Assembly (NCBI GenBank): GCA_037382465.1 | Contig: JARRPX010000004.1 | Span: forward strand, 140,204 to 204,203 | Source: Anaerolineales bacterium | Lineage (GTDB): Bacteria; Chloroflexota; Anaerolineae; Anaerolineales; E44-bin32 | Direction: 5' to 3' | Length of the DNA stretch: 64,000 nt | Part shown: positions 51,095 to 60,204 of the stretch, one piece after another | How the letters are laid out: each line of letters starts with the position of its first letter | Numbering within the stretch: position 1 is the first letter of the stretch | The notes under the pieces: generated by a model | What the model saw: the letters and a program-made list of their open reading frames with translations, nothing else | Told to the model about the DNA's origin: nothing | The model's database searches: none | Translations under genes and position numbers: made by a program

Positions 51095-52984
51095 CTAGAT
51101 CACCTCACACTGCTCGACGTCGAAGACGAAAACCGTAGCCCCGCGCAGTTCGATCTGCTTCGGTTTTCCCAACCGACCGGGCAGGTTATCCACGGGTGCC
51201 GACAGATATTCCACGCTGCCGCGGGTGGCTTCCCGCAGCACACGGATCGTGCTTTCCAGTTCACCATCCGGGATGCCCACGATCAGCAGATGATTCGTTC
51301 GGCGAAGGAATCCACCGTCGCTGCGAACCCGTGTGGTGAGCACGCCCCGCGCCCTGAGTGCGTTGGTCGCCGATTCGAGATCCCTTTCCTGGATCACGAC
51401 CATGAGTAGTTGGCAGACTTCCTGATGCAGATAGCTCTGTTGGGCATAATCGGTCCAGGCTTCGACGCTCGAATCCAGGGCTTCGTCGACCTCGGCGAGC
51501 AGGCTATCGTAGGTCAAATCCGATATGATTCCATCCCTGCGTAGGGTTGCCAACGTGCCGCGCTGCGCCCGCAGCATCTCGCGGCGTGCGTTGATCAACT
51601 CCTGTTCTTCGAGATCCGGTGTTGCACGGAGGATCTCTTGAACCGCCGAAGTCAGGTTTTTGACGCGATGCTCAAGCACGGGCTGCAGATGTTCCCAGGT
51701 GTGCTCCGAGATCAACCCATTCTTGCTCAGCTTTTGAATGCGCTCATACCCCGCACGTTCGGCGAGTGCTCTGGCCTGTCGGCGTTCGTATTCAATCTGG
51801 CCTTCGTTGCGCTCGATCACCTTCAAGCGCGCCAAAACCCGGTCCATGGAGAAGCCCTGCACGATGATGCTGAAGAGCACGACGCCGAAGGTCATGGTGA
51901 TGATGAGATCCCGCGAGTCGCCCAGGGTCAACGGTAAACTGAGCGCCAGAGCCAGCGAAATCGCGCCCCGCAAACCTCCCCAAAAAAGCACGTGCCGCCA
52001 ACGAGTCTCCATCCTGCTGATCAGCCTGGAGAAGAAGTAAACCACAAACGCTCGGCTCAGAAGTACGGCGGCGATGGCCCACAGAATCGGCTTCCAGTTT
52101 TCCAGCAGCTGCGTCAGGTTGGTTTGCAGGCCGATCAGGAGAAACACGGCCGAATTGGCTGCGAAGGCAGCATATTCCCAGAAGTTGAAAACCACGATCT
52201 TCGTCGTGGGCGACATCCCCTGGGGTCCGACGTTGCCGCTCACGATGCCGGCCGCCACGACGGCCAGCACGCCGCTGAAGTGGAGCAGGTCTTCGGCCAC
52301 AAAAAACGAACCAAAAGCGACCAGGGTTGTGAGGGTTGTCTCGACGAGATGATCGTCGATCAACGAGGTGGCGCGTGCGAACAGCCATCCAAAGAGCAAG
52401 CCGATGATCAAGCCTCCGCCTGCAACGCGGATGAAGGAGGTCACACCCTCTGCGAGGTCGAAACTCCCCGCAGCGACCGCTGCCAGCGCAAGATTGAACA
52501 TCACGATGGCCGTGCCGTCGTTCAGCAGGCTTTCGCCCTCCAGCAAGACTTCCAACCGTTTCGGTGCGCCAAGTTTGCGGAATATACCCACGACTGCCAC
52601 CGGATCGGTCGCGGCGATGAGGGAGCCGAAAACGATAGCGATGGGTAAAACCAATCCGTCTCCCCAATGAATGACGAATCCGACAAACAGCATATTGAGG
52701 ATGACGCCGGGGACGGCCATGAACACGATCGTTCCGAGATTTTGACGCAGGCGTTCGAAATTCAAGTGGAACGCTGCTTCAAACAACAACGGCGGCAAGA
52801 ACAGGGAAAGAAAAACTCTCGGTGAAATTTCCATCGAGAGATCCGAGCGCAAACCGATGATCAGGCCGGCGATAACCAGCCCTACCGTGTACGGAATGCG
52901 AAAACGGCGTCCAATGATGGCCACGACGGACGCCACCAGGAAAATCATCAAGATGAGCAGTTCGAGTTCGAGATTGGTATCCAT
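51095..52984 (-). CDS. CPA1-family (NhaP-type) cation/proton antiporter fused to a C-terminal DarA/YaaQ-like PII domain
   Basis: About 400 aa of Na_H_Exchanger-type TM helices (ATDPVAV, LEGESLLNDG), a helical cytoplasmic linker, then residues 524-629 (nt 51098-51415): LLMVVIQERDLESATNALRARGVLTTRVRSDGGFLRRTNHLLIVG...GATVFVFDVEQCEVI, homologous to the downstream DarA-like gene. Confidence 0.85.
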   Translation of the reverse strand: MDTNLELELLILMIFLVASVVAIIGRRFRIPYTVGLVIAGLIIGLRSDLSMEISPRVFLSLFLPPLLFEAAFHLNFERLRQNLGTIVFMAVPGVILNMLFVGFVIHWGDGLVLPIAIVFGSLIAATDPVAVVGIFRKLGAPKRLEVLLEGESLLNDGTAIVMFNLALAAVAAGSFDLAEGVTSFIRVAGGGLIIGLLFGWLFARATSLIDDHLVETTLTTLVAFGSFFVAEDLLHFSGVLAVVAAGIVSGNVGPQGMSPTTKIVVFNFWEYAAFAANSAVFLLIGLQTNLTQLLENWKPILWAIAAVLLSRAFVVYFFSRLISRMETRWRHVLFWGGLRGAISLALALSLPLTLGDSRDLIITMTFGVVLFSIIVQGFSMDRVLARLKVIERNEGQIEYERRQARALAERAGYERIQKLSKNGLISEHTWEHLQPVLEHRVKNLTSAVQEILRATPDLEEQELINARREMLRAQRGTLATLRRDGIISDLTYDSLLAEVDEALDSSVEAWTDYAQQSYLHQEVCQLLMVVIQERDLESATNALRARGVLTTRVRSDGGFLRRTNHLLIVGIPDGELESTIRVLREATRGSVEYLSAPVDNLPGRLGKPKQIELRGATVFVFDVEQCEVI

Positions 52985-53060
52985 CGAAGCAACTTTTATC
53001 CTATTACAAACTTAACCGACATTTCAATTATATCCGCAGATACCGGTGGGAGTGGGAAAG

Positions 53061-55451
53061 CTAATCTTGCTCGACGAATTGAGGTTCATCCCCTTCGATT
53101 TTGATGCTTTGGCCGTTCGGAAAAGTAACCCGCGTGTACGCCGTGAAACATTCCAGTTTCAACCCGCGCCAGCGAACGACGACCGGCCGGGGAAACGGAT
53201 TGGACGGACGCAGCCATACTTTATGAGGTGAGATCAAGCGTACCCCCAGCGTATCCAGGAAAAGACTGACGGGAAACACTCCCCATTGATGGTGCCGGTC
53301 CCCAAAACCTTCCGCCTGTTCCGCGTGATACGATTCGCGAAACGCCTTATCCGCCTTAAGGCTTTGGACGACGCTGGCCATCAACCGCTCGACCAAGACT
53401 GCCGCTTCCCGCCGGTAACCATACGCTACAAGGCCCTCGCCCAGCAGTGTGTTCCAAAAAAACCAGACGCCGCCAGCTCCCTCGGCCGGGCTTTGTTCAT
53501 ACGCCTTGTCCTTTGCGGAACAGGATGGAATGCCATACGGCCTCCAGAATCTTTCTTCGTCCATCAACGCTTTTCGCACCAATTGATCTGCCCGGTCGGA
53601 TGTGGGAATGCCGGCCCATAGCGGCAGGAGCAGCGTTTGATCCTGACGGGTGAAATCCGCCACGCGCAGTTCAGTCTCGAATTCCTTGCTCAAACCTGCG
53701 ACTTCGATTCGCTCGATCTCCGTGTACTGTTTCTGACTGGTCGCCGTTCCAAACTCCCAGAACCATTGGAAATCTCGTTCGGTCAGTTTCTCGATCCGTT
53801 TCCGCCCACTGCGACCGCGTCCATGGATGAATATCCTCACGGCGTGCGACAATCCCTCCTCTCCGATCGACCGCACGAGGACGCGCACTGCAGGGTCGAA
53901 CGGACGTTCGACTTGCAGGTCGAACGAACCCTTCCTTCTTCCGAGCCGCAGGCCACGAGGCGAAACGTGAAGATCACGATCCATATGGTGATAGACGGAT
54001 TCTTTCTCCGCCCAGGCAATATCGAGCGAGTCCTGGAGGTGCGACATGCGCATTTCGATCTCGGGAACGAGCTCCGCTCGATCCAACAGCTCGGCCATAT
54101 CCCGCAGCGCCTGACACTCACGGTACAGGTAGGAAGCCAGATCGGGGGTTTCTGCCAGGGAAATATCCACACCCTGCCCCCACCGCCGCCATCGGACGAA
54201 CGAGGGGATATCGTCGAACGCCGACTGCGTCGTGTTGGTCCATTCCGGATGGCCGTCGCCGTCGCGGTCATGATCCGATTCGAACCACACGTCCACGAAA
54301 GCCAGCAAAGGAACGAAGACCCCTTCCAGGAAGGCCCGGTCTTCTGTATGCAGGAAGGTCTTCCAGGCCAACGTCGCCAGGAGCGGAAGCGCCAGCATCC
54401 CGTTCCGCTGTCCCGCCAATCCCGGACTCCAATCGATACCCCCTTCCACTCGCCCGGCGGCGGTGAAATTCTCGATCATTCCTGCTGCCAGTTGCGGCGC
54501 AACAGGCAGCACTTGCAGTAAATTCGTATACGTCAGTGCCACAGACGCTCCGGCCCAATGCACATGAACGTCCGATCCGTCGCCGCGCGGCGAATAGCCG
54601 CGGTCCGGCCGGCGTGTCTGGACCAGTGATGCATTCGGCAGGTGCCGCGTCGGGCCGACGTAGCCCATCAGGGCATCTTTTTGCGCGAACGCCAATGCAG
54701 CATCCCAATCCTCGTCACCCGTTTCGATATCGACGATGGATGCGGCGGTCATTTCCAGCCTGGCGATTTCTGCGTCCCAGGATTTCGCTGCGAGTTCCCG
54801 TGCAACTTCGAAGGATTGCGCATGGTTTCCATACGCAGCATGGACCCAAAGCCAGCTCTTCTGCTCCCCAGGAACAAGCCGAGTGGAGACGGTCAGGGAG
54901 GGAAATGTCGTTTGTTCGCGGACCGCACCGCCCGAAAGAAATACCACGGGTTCTATCGAAGCCGTTCGTCCCGACAATATAGTGACGCCCTGAATCAGCT
55001 GCTCATCCATCACCTGCGGATTCTCACCCGGCTGCAGTAAGGCGTGCAGACGAAGCTCCGCTCTGCGAACATCGACTCCCCGATTGTAATACGTGAAGCG
55101 GCCGGCCAGGCACTTCGAGTCGGGAACCCAGTATTCGGCTTCCACTTCCAGATCCTCGAAAGGCGAACAAGTGACGCGTATGTAATTCGGCAGGAAGGCG
55201 CGTACGACCGTGGGCGCGTAAAAATGATCGGGGTGGACGACCGCTGATTCCCCCCAACGAAAACCGGGGAAAATCCGCATGCTACGAGCGCGCAACCCAT
55301 ACGTGGTCTGAATCGACAGCGCCGGCGGATCACCCCCAATCAACGCCAGCTCCCAGATTTGATCGTCCAGGTAATCCGGTGTTGTCAGACGCGCATCTGC
55401 AGCGATACACAACGATAGAGGTCCCTCTCGGGGAATCGACCATTCACGCAT
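53061..55451 (-). CDS. (alpha/alpha)6-barrel glycoside-hydrolase-like protein (GH63/GH37/debranching-enzyme-like)
   Basis: The C-terminal blocks FWRPYGIPS and GGVWFFWNTLLGEGLVAYGY are typical of six-hairpin glycosidases. The ORF is open to 55643, but ATG 55451 sits 7 nt after a TTTACC-17-TACAAT promoter-like element, so it may be leaderless. Family call is by eye. Confidence 0.55.
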   Translation of the reverse strand: MREWSIPREGPLSLCIAADARLTTPDYLDDQIWELALIGGDPPALSIQTTYGLRARSMRIFPGFRWGESAVVHPDHFYAPTVVRAFLPNYIRVTCSPFEDLEVEAEYWVPDSKCLAGRFTYYNRGVDVRRAELRLHALLQPGENPQVMDEQLIQGVTILSGRTASIEPVVFLSGGAVREQTTFPSLTVSTRLVPGEQKSWLWVHAAYGNHAQSFEVARELAAKSWDAEIARLEMTAASIVDIETGDEDWDAALAFAQKDALMGYVGPTRHLPNASLVQTRRPDRGYSPRGDGSDVHVHWAGASVALTYTNLLQVLPVAPQLAAGMIENFTAAGRVEGGIDWSPGLAGQRNGMLALPLLATLAWKTFLHTEDRAFLEGVFVPLLAFVDVWFESDHDRDGDGHPEWTNTTQSAFDDIPSFVRWRRWGQGVDISLAETPDLASYLYRECQALRDMAELLDRAELVPEIEMRMSHLQDSLDIAWAEKESVYHHMDRDLHVSPRGLRLGRRKGSFDLQVERPFDPAVRVLVRSIGEEGLSHAVRIFIHGRGRSGRKRIEKLTERDFQWFWEFGTATSQKQYTEIERIEVAGLSKEFETELRVADFTRQDQTLLLPLWAGIPTSDRADQLVRKALMDEERFWRPYGIPSCSAKDKAYEQSPAEGAGGVWFFWNTLLGEGLVAYGYRREAAVLVERLMASVVQSLKADKAFRESYHAEQAEGFGDRHHQWGVFPVSLFLDTLGVRLISPHKVWLRPSNPFPRPVVVRWRGLKLECFTAYTRVTFPNGQSIKIEGDEPQFVEQD

Positions 55452-55656
55452 GAAACGAATTGTAAGAAGAGAGTGCGCAAAGGTAAAGCGTATTCGATTC
55501 GCAGATTCGAAGCGCTTTCCCCAAATTCCCGGATAATCCCGGGCTGCTGCCGCACATGTTCGGGCACTCGATTCTACCCATCGGGCATCATAAAGCCCCT
55601 TCGACGTTCTGATGATCGGGCGTATTCCGGGTTTGTTCCTCATCCCCTTCGATTCA

Positions 55657-55665
55657 TGCTACAAT
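55657..55665 (+). promoter_or_regulatory. Extended -10 element (TGC-TACAAT) for the MaoC gene
   Basis: TGCTACAAT at 55657-55665, with GAGGAGG at about 55677-55684 and ATG at 55691. Confidence 0.35.
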
Positions 55666-55690
55666 CGTGCGCTGAGGTGAGGAGGAAACC

Positions 55691-56164
55691 ATGGAAGCAT
55701 CGGAGAGCATGCGCAGAGGTCTGTACTTCGAGGAATTTGAGATCGGTCAACGCGTCGTCAGTCCGGCACGCACGATTACCGAAGCGGACATCGTGAACTT
55801 CGCCGGTATCTCGGGTGATTGGAATCTGATTCACACGGACGCGGAATACGCCAAGACGACCCCCTTCGGGCAGCGTGTTGCGCACGGGTTGCTCATCATG
55901 GCGGTCATTTCAGGGTTGGCGGTTCGCACCGGCGTGATGGAAGGCACCGTACTGGCATTCCGCGAAATCGAATCCTGGAAGTTTAGTTTGCCCGTCTTTA
56001 TCGGGGACACGGTTTACGTCGTGCTCGAAGTGGAAGAGACCAAAAAGCTGCCCCGACTCGGCGGCGGATCGATCAAGCTGAGCGTCGACGTGAAAAACCA
56101 GGACGACAAGACGGTGATGAAAGGGCGTTGGATTGCCCTGATTCAATCGCGCCCAGCGGAATGA
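55691..56164 (+). CDS. MaoC-like (R)-specific enoyl-CoA hydratase, hotdog fold
   Basis: FAGISGDWNLIHTD..YA....FG.RVAHG hydratase motif. 157 aa. Confidence 0.85.
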   Translation: MEASESMRRGLYFEEFEIGQRVVSPARTITEADIVNFAGISGDWNLIHTDAEYAKTTPFGQRVAHGLLIMAVISGLAVRTGVMEGTVLAFREIESWKFSLPVFIGDTVYVVLEVEETKKLPRLGGGSIKLSVDVKNQDDKTVMKGRWIALIQSRPAE

Positions 56165-56232
56165 TTTTCACCGAATATTGGCGTCGAATTCGAAATTACA
56201 TGTCAAAAACCCCCATGCTATAATCGTCTCTG

Positions 56233-59200
56233 ATGGAACAAAACAAGGATGCAGATCCCGAGCTTCGCGGCGACGAGAGCTCGGAGTATCAAACAAGCGC
56301 AGGAGATGAGGCACCCGCCAACGAAGGCGGTGTGCCACCATCGAGCGCGGACGAGCCACAGGCTGAACACCATCAACTTCTCCGCAGATTACTGCAGGGT
56401 GAGGAAGAGGAAGCGGACATCCAGCAAAACGATGTCCCGACGCAAAACCCCGCGGAATCGGAAGAGCAGATCGAGTTTCAACTCGAACTCGACGCCGCGC
56501 CTGACTTGGCAGATCAGCCCGAATTGGCATTCCAGGCAAATGCGGAAGACCCGTCGGAATACATGCGTTCAATAACACCGACGCCGCCTGCGGCGGGAGA
56601 CGAGTCGCAGCTTCCCCAGCGCGTGCCGGAACGCGATCTCGAAGCGACGAGCGTAAGTAATGCCGCATTCATCGCACCCCCCGATTCGTCCCAACCTGTG
56701 CAAACGGGCGGCGAGACGAAACCTTCCGGCTTTTTCACAGGCTGCGGCGGCTGTCTGCTGCGCATGACCATATTTGCAGCCTTCGCATTGATCGCAGTGC
56801 TGATCGGCGTCGTTTCATTTGGGCTCTACCAATATTATGCACTTGCAGCCACGCTGCCCTCCGTAGAGGATCTGCAAGCCAACGCGGCGCAGTTCGAGAC
56901 CACCAGGATTTTCGACAGGCAGGGTAATCTGCTTTACGAGATCCTCGATCCGCAGGCAGGACGGCGCACCTACGTGCCCCTCGAAGACATTTCGCCTTTC
57001 ATGGTGGCCGCCATCATCGCCACAGAAGACGCCCAGTTCTACAGCAATCCCGGCTTCGATCCCCTGGGAATCATCCGTGCGCTCGTCCAGAATTATCAAT
57101 CGGGAGAGGTCGTTTCCGGCGCATCGACGATAACCCAGCAGATTGCGCGCAACTTGCTCTTTACTCCGGAAGAACGTTCGCAAATCACCGCGCGCAGAAA
57201 AACACGTGAAATCCTGCTCGCCGCAGAAGTGACCCGGCGTTACAGCAAGGAAGAAATTCTCGAACTTTATTTGAATCAGGCCTATTTCGGCAATCTGGCA
57301 TACGGCGTTGAAGCCGCAGCCGAAACCTATTTCAACACCACCGCCGACAAACTTACCCTGACACAAGCGTCGTTTTTGGCCGGCCTCGTACAGGCGCCTT
57401 CCGTCTACGACGTTTTCACCAATCGCAATGTGACTCTCAACCGCCAGCAGCAGGTCCTGGTCTTGATGGTCGAAGCCAGCGTGGAGCAGGGTTGTATTTA
57501 TGTGAGCAATTCCCCGCAGCCGATTTGCGTCACCGCGGAAGACGCCGGCAGGGCCGCTGCGGAAATCACCAACTACGAATTCCATTCGCCGGACATCACC
57601 ATCCGCTTCCCGCATTGGGTGAATTTCGTCCGCTCGGAACTGGAAAACCTTTACGACGCGCAAACGATCTACCGCTCCGGGTTCTCGGTGTACACGACGC
57701 TGGATCCGGGGCTTCAGGAACAAGCCCAACAGATCGTCTCCGAGCAGGTGGAATCGCTTACCGACCGCCGAGTTACGAACGGCGCATTGGTCGCCATCGA
57801 ACCCAGCACGGGTGAAATCCTGGCCATGGTCGGATCGGCGGATTACCAGGCCAACGACGGCCAGATCAACATGGCCGTTCGGCCCCGCCAACCCGGTTCC
57901 TCGATAAAACCGCTCACCTACACCGCGGCGTTCGAAAAAGGCTGGACTCCGGCGACGCTCATCTGGGACGTACCATCTGAGTTTCCTCCGTCCGGCAACC
58001 CCAACGATCCCCGTCCGCCCTATGAACCGGTGAACTACGACGAACGCTTCCATGGTCCGGTTACCGCACGCACGGCACTGGCGAATTCCTACAACGTCCC
58101 CGCCGTGAAAACCCTGAATTTCGTAGGCATCTTCGACGATCCGGAAACCCCCGAAGAAGAGGGCTTGATCGCGTTTGCCCGCCGTTTGGGGATAACGACA
58201 CTCACGCGGGACGATTACGGTCTTTCCCTGACGTTGGGCGGCGGCGACGTTACGCTGTTGGAACTCACGAGCGCTTACGCCACTTTCGCCAACTACGGCG
58301 TGCGCGTGCCGCCCACGGGGATCCTGCGCATCGAGGATTCCAGCGGCGAGGTGGTGTATGAATATCAACCACCCCAGGGAGAACAGGTCATTCGCCCGGA
58401 GCACGCCTACTTGATCTCGTCGATCCTTTCCGATAACGCTGCACGCACGCCGGCCTTCGGCCCGAACTCGCTGCTCAACCTTCCTTTTCAGGTCGCAGCC
58501 AAGACCGGCACGACCAACGATTTCCGCGACAACTGGACGTTGGGCTACACCCCGGACATCGCCATCGGAGTGTGGGTCGGGAATGCCGATTACACCCCCA
58601 TGGAAGGCACGTCGGGACTGACCGGCGCTGCGCCGATCTGGAACGAGTTCATGCAGGTGGCCGTTCACGATCTCACGCAGGACCACCCCTCCCCCTTCAT
58701 CATGCCGCCCGGCATCGAAGACTACGTCATTTGCACCATCTCGGGAACGCTTCCCTCGGAATGGTGCCCGAAGCAACGCACGGAAATTTTCGCCTGGGAT
58801 CAACCCCCGCTTCCCAAGGAACAGGACCTCTGGCGTGAGGTCTGGCTCGACAGCTACTCGCTCTTACTGGCGTCCGCCGAGTGCCCGGAATACGCCGTTG
58901 AAAAAATGGGTCTGAACGTCACCGATCCCTGGGCGCAGGAATGGATCAAGAATGACTCCAAGGGAAAAGACTGGGCCGAAAACATGGGCTTCGACGAAGA
59001 CGAAATCTATTTCGTGCCTCAGGAATCCTGCAGCGAAGACAGCCCTCGGCCAATCTTGAGCATCACGCAGCCTGATGAAGGCGATACGATCACCAGTGAT
59101 ACGCTGGAGATCTTCGGCGCTGCCGGTGCGACGGCGGATTTCGATCGCTGGGTCCTGGATTTCGGCAAGCGTTCGGACCCCGTTGCCTGGACGAGGATCG

Positions 59201-59550
59201 AACGCGGCGAAAGCCAGCACCCGGATCCCGTGAAATTGGGGAAACTCGATCTCGGTGATATTTATGGCGGAACGATCACGCTGCGTTTGAGGATCTTCAG
59301 CACCGAAGGAGGCGTCGCAGAAGTCCGCATACATCTCACCATCGATCGCGTCAAACCCACGGCGACGCCGACTCCCACCCCTACGGAAACCACTACTTCG
59401 TCACCATCTCCCACGGCGACCCAAACCACGGCGCCGACTTCTACGAACCCGCCCACATCAACACAAACGTCAACATCGACGTCCACATCAACGTCGACAG
59501 CGACTCCAACCCCATCACCGACCGATACGGCGACCCTCACTCCTCCCTAA
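56233..59550 (+). CDS. Class A penicillin-binding protein (GT51 glycosyltransferase + transpeptidase) with long terminal extensions
   Basis: GT51 motifs (EDAQFYSNPGFD, GASTITQQ, RKTREIL). Transpeptidase motifs SxxK (PGSSIKP), SYN, and KTGTTND. About 170 aa of acidic N-terminal tail before the TM, and a C-terminal beta-rich domain plus a T/S/P-rich tail. Confidence 0.9.
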   Translation: MEQNKDADPELRGDESSEYQTSAGDEAPANEGGVPPSSADEPQAEHHQLLRRLLQGEEEEADIQQNDVPTQNPAESEEQIEFQLELDAAPDLADQPELAFQANAEDPSEYMRSITPTPPAAGDESQLPQRVPERDLEATSVSNAAFIAPPDSSQPVQTGGETKPSGFFTGCGGCLLRMTIFAAFALIAVLIGVVSFGLYQYYALAATLPSVEDLQANAAQFETTRIFDRQGNLLYEILDPQAGRRTYVPLEDISPFMVAAIIATEDAQFYSNPGFDPLGIIRALVQNYQSGEVVSGASTITQQIARNLLFTPEERSQITARRKTREILLAAEVTRRYSKEEILELYLNQAYFGNLAYGVEAAAETYFNTTADKLTLTQASFLAGLVQAPSVYDVFTNRNVTLNRQQQVLVLMVEASVEQGCIYVSNSPQPICVTAEDAGRAAAEITNYEFHSPDITIRFPHWVNFVRSELENLYDAQTIYRSGFSVYTTLDPGLQEQAQQIVSEQVESLTDRRVTNGALVAIEPSTGEILAMVGSADYQANDGQINMAVRPRQPGSSIKPLTYTAAFEKGWTPATLIWDVPSEFPPSGNPNDPRPPYEPVNYDERFHGPVTARTALANSYNVPAVKTLNFVGIFDDPETPEEEGLIAFARRLGITTLTRDDYGLSLTLGGGDVTLLELTSAYATFANYGVRVPPTGILRIEDSSGEVVYEYQPPQGEQVIRPEHAYLISSILSDNAARTPAFGPNSLLNLPFQVAAKTGTTNDFRDNWTLGYTPDIAIGVWVGNADYTPMEGTSGLTGAAPIWNEFMQVAVHDLTQDHPSPFIMPPGIEDYVICTISGTLPSEWCPKQRTEIFAWDQPPLPKEQDLWREVWLDSYSLLLASAECPEYAVEKMGLNVTDPWAQEWIKNDSKGKDWAENMGFDEDEIYFVPQESCSEDSPRPILSITQPDEGDTITSDTLEIFGAAGATADFDRWVLDFGKRSDPVAWTRIERGESQHPDPVKLGKLDLGDIYGGTITLRLRIFSTEGGVAEVRIHLTIDRVKPTATPTPTPTETTTSSPSPTATQTTAPTSTNPPTSTQTSTSTSTSTSTATPTPSPTDTATLTPP

Positions 59551-59583
59551 TCGATCAATAACATATCATCAGCGACAATAACT

Positions 59584-60177
59584 TTACTCCCGATCCCACC
59601 ACAACTCGCGATATTCGCGATTCCAATCCAACCGACCACGATACGCGATAAGTACGCCGACAACGATAGCCAACAACAGATCTGCGCCTGAAGCGCCAAA
59701 AATCAGCCACAATGGTCCGATCAGCAAACCCGTCAGGATGTTCCCTCGCGCCGAGTGCCTGATGAGCAATTGGCAGGCTGCCCCCAATCCAATCGCCAGC
59801 ACCAACCCCAGCGGCCACGTGGCCAACAACGTTCCGGCGCCGCTGGCCACGCCCATGCCCCCGCGAAATCCCGCAAAAACCGGCCAGCAGTGTCCGACGA
59901 CGACCAATCCCGCGGCGAGAGCCGGTTCCCAGCCAAATTCGGCGAAACGCCGCGCCAGCCAGACCGCCCCGAACCCTTTTGCCGCATCGAGCAGCATGAC
60001 CGCGATTCCCGCCGGCCAGCCTGCCGCGCGCATGGTGTTCGTTGCCGTTGCGTGCCCCGATCCCACCTCGCGCACGTCGATGCCGGCCCGCCAACGGGTG
60101 ATCAAGATCGCAAAGGGAATCGAACCCAACAGGTAGGCGCCGGCTCCGATCGCCAGGAAGCGGAAAACATGCTCCAT
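59584..60177 (-). CDS. plsY: Glycerol-3-phosphate acyltransferase PlsY
   Basis: YLLGSIPFAILI...D.REVGSGHATATN...KG motifs. 197-aa polytopic membrane protein. Confidence 0.9.
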   Translation of the reverse strand: MEHVFRFLAIGAGAYLLGSIPFAILITRWRAGIDVREVGSGHATATNTMRAAGWPAGIAVMLLDAAKGFGAVWLARRFAEFGWEPALAAGLVVVGHCWPVFAGFRGGMGVASGAGTLLATWPLGLVLAIGLGAACQLLIRHSARGNILTGLLIGPLWLIFGASGADLLLAIVVGVLIAYRGRLDWNREYRELWWDRE

Positions 60178-60204
60178 GGATTCATCTCCTGTATCGTGAG
60201 AAAT

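Noticed and set aside
59350-59547. Short-period DNA repeats (ACN/TCN, GTCGAC-containing) that could be mistaken for a repeat array
   Set aside because: They lie in-frame within the PBP gene and encode a Thr/Ser/Pro-rich tail. There is no spacer-repeat structure, so this is not a CRISPR array.
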